Assembly: GCF_963921235.1 (NCBI RefSeq)
Contig: NC_086097.1
Location: forward strand, 49,788,001 to 49,852,000
Length of the DNA stretch: 64,000 nucleotides
Direction: 5' to 3'
From: Mobula hypostoma
Lineage: Eukaryota
The notes below the pieces were generated by a model. It ran no database searches and was not told the DNA's origin. It was given only the letters and a program-made list of their open reading frames with translations. Positions 61,825 through 64,000 of the stretch are shown piece by piece (the first letter of the stretch is position 1; each line of letters starts with the position of its first letter). Position numbers and translations under genes: made by a program.

Positions 61825-62910
61825 TCCAGGACAACACCGATGTCTTCCTTCTTCAAAGGACGGGGTTTTCCTTTCTCCACCATTGATGCTGCCCTCACCC
61901 ATATCACCTCCATTTCCCAGACATCATGCTCACACCATCTTCATACTGCCTTAACAGGGATAGAGTTCCTCTTGTCCTCATGTATCACCCCATGAGCCTC
62001 CACATCCAACATATCATTCTCTGCAACTTCCACCAACTGCAAAGGGATCTTACCACCAAACAAATTTTTACCTCACCCCAACTCTCAGCTTTCTGTAGGG
62101 ATCACTCCCTCCATAATTCCCTTGTTCATTTGGCCCTCCACACTGATCTCTGGCACCTACCCCTGCAAACAACAGAAATGCTACACCTGCCCATTCACTT
62201 CACCCCTCACCTCCATTCAGGGTCCCAAACAGTCCTTCCAGGTGGTTCAACACTTCACATGCAAATCTGTTGGTTGCCTGCTCTATCCCATACTCCCAAT
62301 GCAGATCCTTTACATTGGTGAGACCAAACATAAAAATTGGGGGACTGCTTTGTTGAGGACCTCAACTCTATCCACAAAAGTGGGATTTCCCAGTAGCCAG
62401 CCAATTAAATTCCTATCCCCACTCCTGGCCTCTTCTGCTGCCATGATGAAGCCACTCTCAGGGTGAAGGAGAAACACCTCATACTTCATCTAGGTAGCCT
62501 CCAACCCGATGGCATGAACATTGATTTCTGCTGGTAATTTTTTTTCTTTTATTCTATTTTCCTTTTCCTCTCCCCCCTCCTCCTCCTTCTATTTCCCTCT
62601 CTGGCCTTTTACCTCTTCTTTTCACCTACCCATCACCTCCCCCAGCTGCCCCTCCTTCTTCCCTTTGGTCCACTCTCCTCTCCTATCAGATTCCTTCCTC
62701 TCCAGCCCTTTACCTTTCCCACCCACCTGGCTTCACTTATCATCTTTTAGCTTGTCAAGTTCCACCCCCCCCCCACTGTTTTATTCTGGCATATCCCCCC
62801 TTTCTTTCCAATCCTAATGAAGGATCTTGGCCCAAAATGTCAACTGATTATTCATATACATAGCTGCTGCCTGACTTGCTGAGTTCCTTCAGCATCGTAT
62901 GTGTGTTACC
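61825..62910 (+). mobile_element. Penelope-like element 3' part (GIY-YIG endonuclease)
   Basis: RDRVPLVLMYHP, CYTCP, QGPKQSFQV..FTC, LYIGET; pseudo-LTR end. Confidence 0.8.
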
Positions 62911-63717
62911 TTTGGAAAATCTGTGATCATTTTCCCTGGAGATGTAACCTTATAGAGGTTTATAAAATTATCAGGGGCATAGATGGTCGTAATTTCTGTC
63001 CAAAGTTGGGAGAAACTAAAACTAGAAAGTAGATTTTTGATGAGAGTGGGAAAAAAATAGGATTAAATTTTAAAAATGTAGGATTAAGCTTTTCCACACT
63101 ATTGGTGAGTAGATGGACCAAACTGCCAGTGGAAGTGATAGATGTGGGTACAATTACAATGACAGGATTATGTGCTAAATATGGGCAAATGAGAATGATG
63201 TAGATAGGCATTATGGCCAGCTGAAGCCATCACTTTGGTTCAGTGTTCCTTCTTTGCGTGGTCTGTCCTGGTGAACCTGTCCTATAGCCACACTATTAGA
63301 ACAAGGAAGCATCATCTGATCCTAACCCCTACTCTTGATTCTACATGAACTCAACTTTCTCTCACTATCAGAGATAATTTCTTTGTTCTGCCATTTCTCT
63401 AATACCTTCTGCGACTGATTTCATAGTCATAGAGCAATATAGCACGGAGACCGGCCCTTCAACCCAATGAGCCCATTCCGACCAGGTGCCGACACAGCTC
63501 ATCCCAGTTTCCCATGTTCAACCCACATCCTAAACCCAGCCGCTTTACTTTATACCTTCAAAATATGAATATATTTGTTAAACACTTCCTCTGTTATTAA
63601 TATATTCCTAAGATTTGCGATCTATCTCTAATATTTCCCAGCTGAGAGGAAAGCCGACCAGCAGTTTTATTAATGCTAATTAGCGGGTGTTTGATAAAAG
63701 AGAAGCCTGGGGTAACA

Positions 63718-63738
63718 TTTCACTTTCGTTTCACTTCC
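63718..63738 (-). promoter_or_regulatory. ETS-IRF composite / ISRE-like motif cluster
   Basis: Minus strand reads GGAAGTGAAACGAAAGTGAAA. Confidence 0.4.
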
Positions 63739-64000
63739 CTCCCTGTGGGGAGGTAATTGACATCCTTCTACCACTTGGTCTTTATGGCATGATTAGAACA
63801 TTGAAATATATTGAATTTGTAACGTACCACACTGGTCTGTTGAGCAATGCACAGTACTATTGTAATGCCCTATGATTGTACATGTCAACTACTCTGAAGG
63901 CACCTAAAAAAAAGTTCACACTTAAATCTTGCCATAGATATTCATCCACTGCTTTTTCTGCTGATCTTTGCACATCTTGTACAGCTGGATAATGAACCAT

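Overview
Vertebrate genomic DNA, most likely from a cartilaginous fish such as a ray or skate. That is inferred from the repeat set (CR1, Rex1/Babar, Penelope, V-SINE) and is not proven. The only host protein-coding gene I can support is zbtb42 (ZBTB18 paralogue; BTB domain plus 4 C2H2 fingers). Its CDS is a single coding exon at 11892-13307 (+), with a CpG island and candidate upstream exons at about 10.35-10.9 kb and a 3' UTR of about 2 kb. The gene sits in a relatively TE-poor zone with candidate enhancers. The rest is a mosaic of often nested, decayed transposons: many CR1 LINEs (two very young, near-identical inverted copies), Rex1/Babar LINEs, Penelope fragments and palindromes, V-SINEs and a Deu-type SINE. 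There are also two Tc1 elements (one Sleeping Beauty-like), a mariner MITE with nested inverted repeats, and a decayed Gypsy LTR element whose integrase is split by a ~3 kb insert of CR1 tail plus host-like DNA. I see no convincing wholly new biological system. The best leads are the Gypsy-splitting insert, the Sleeping Beauty-family element and the 5' architecture of zbtb42. Protein and repeat comparisons are by eye against recalled sequences; no searches were run, and most repeat boundaries are approximate.
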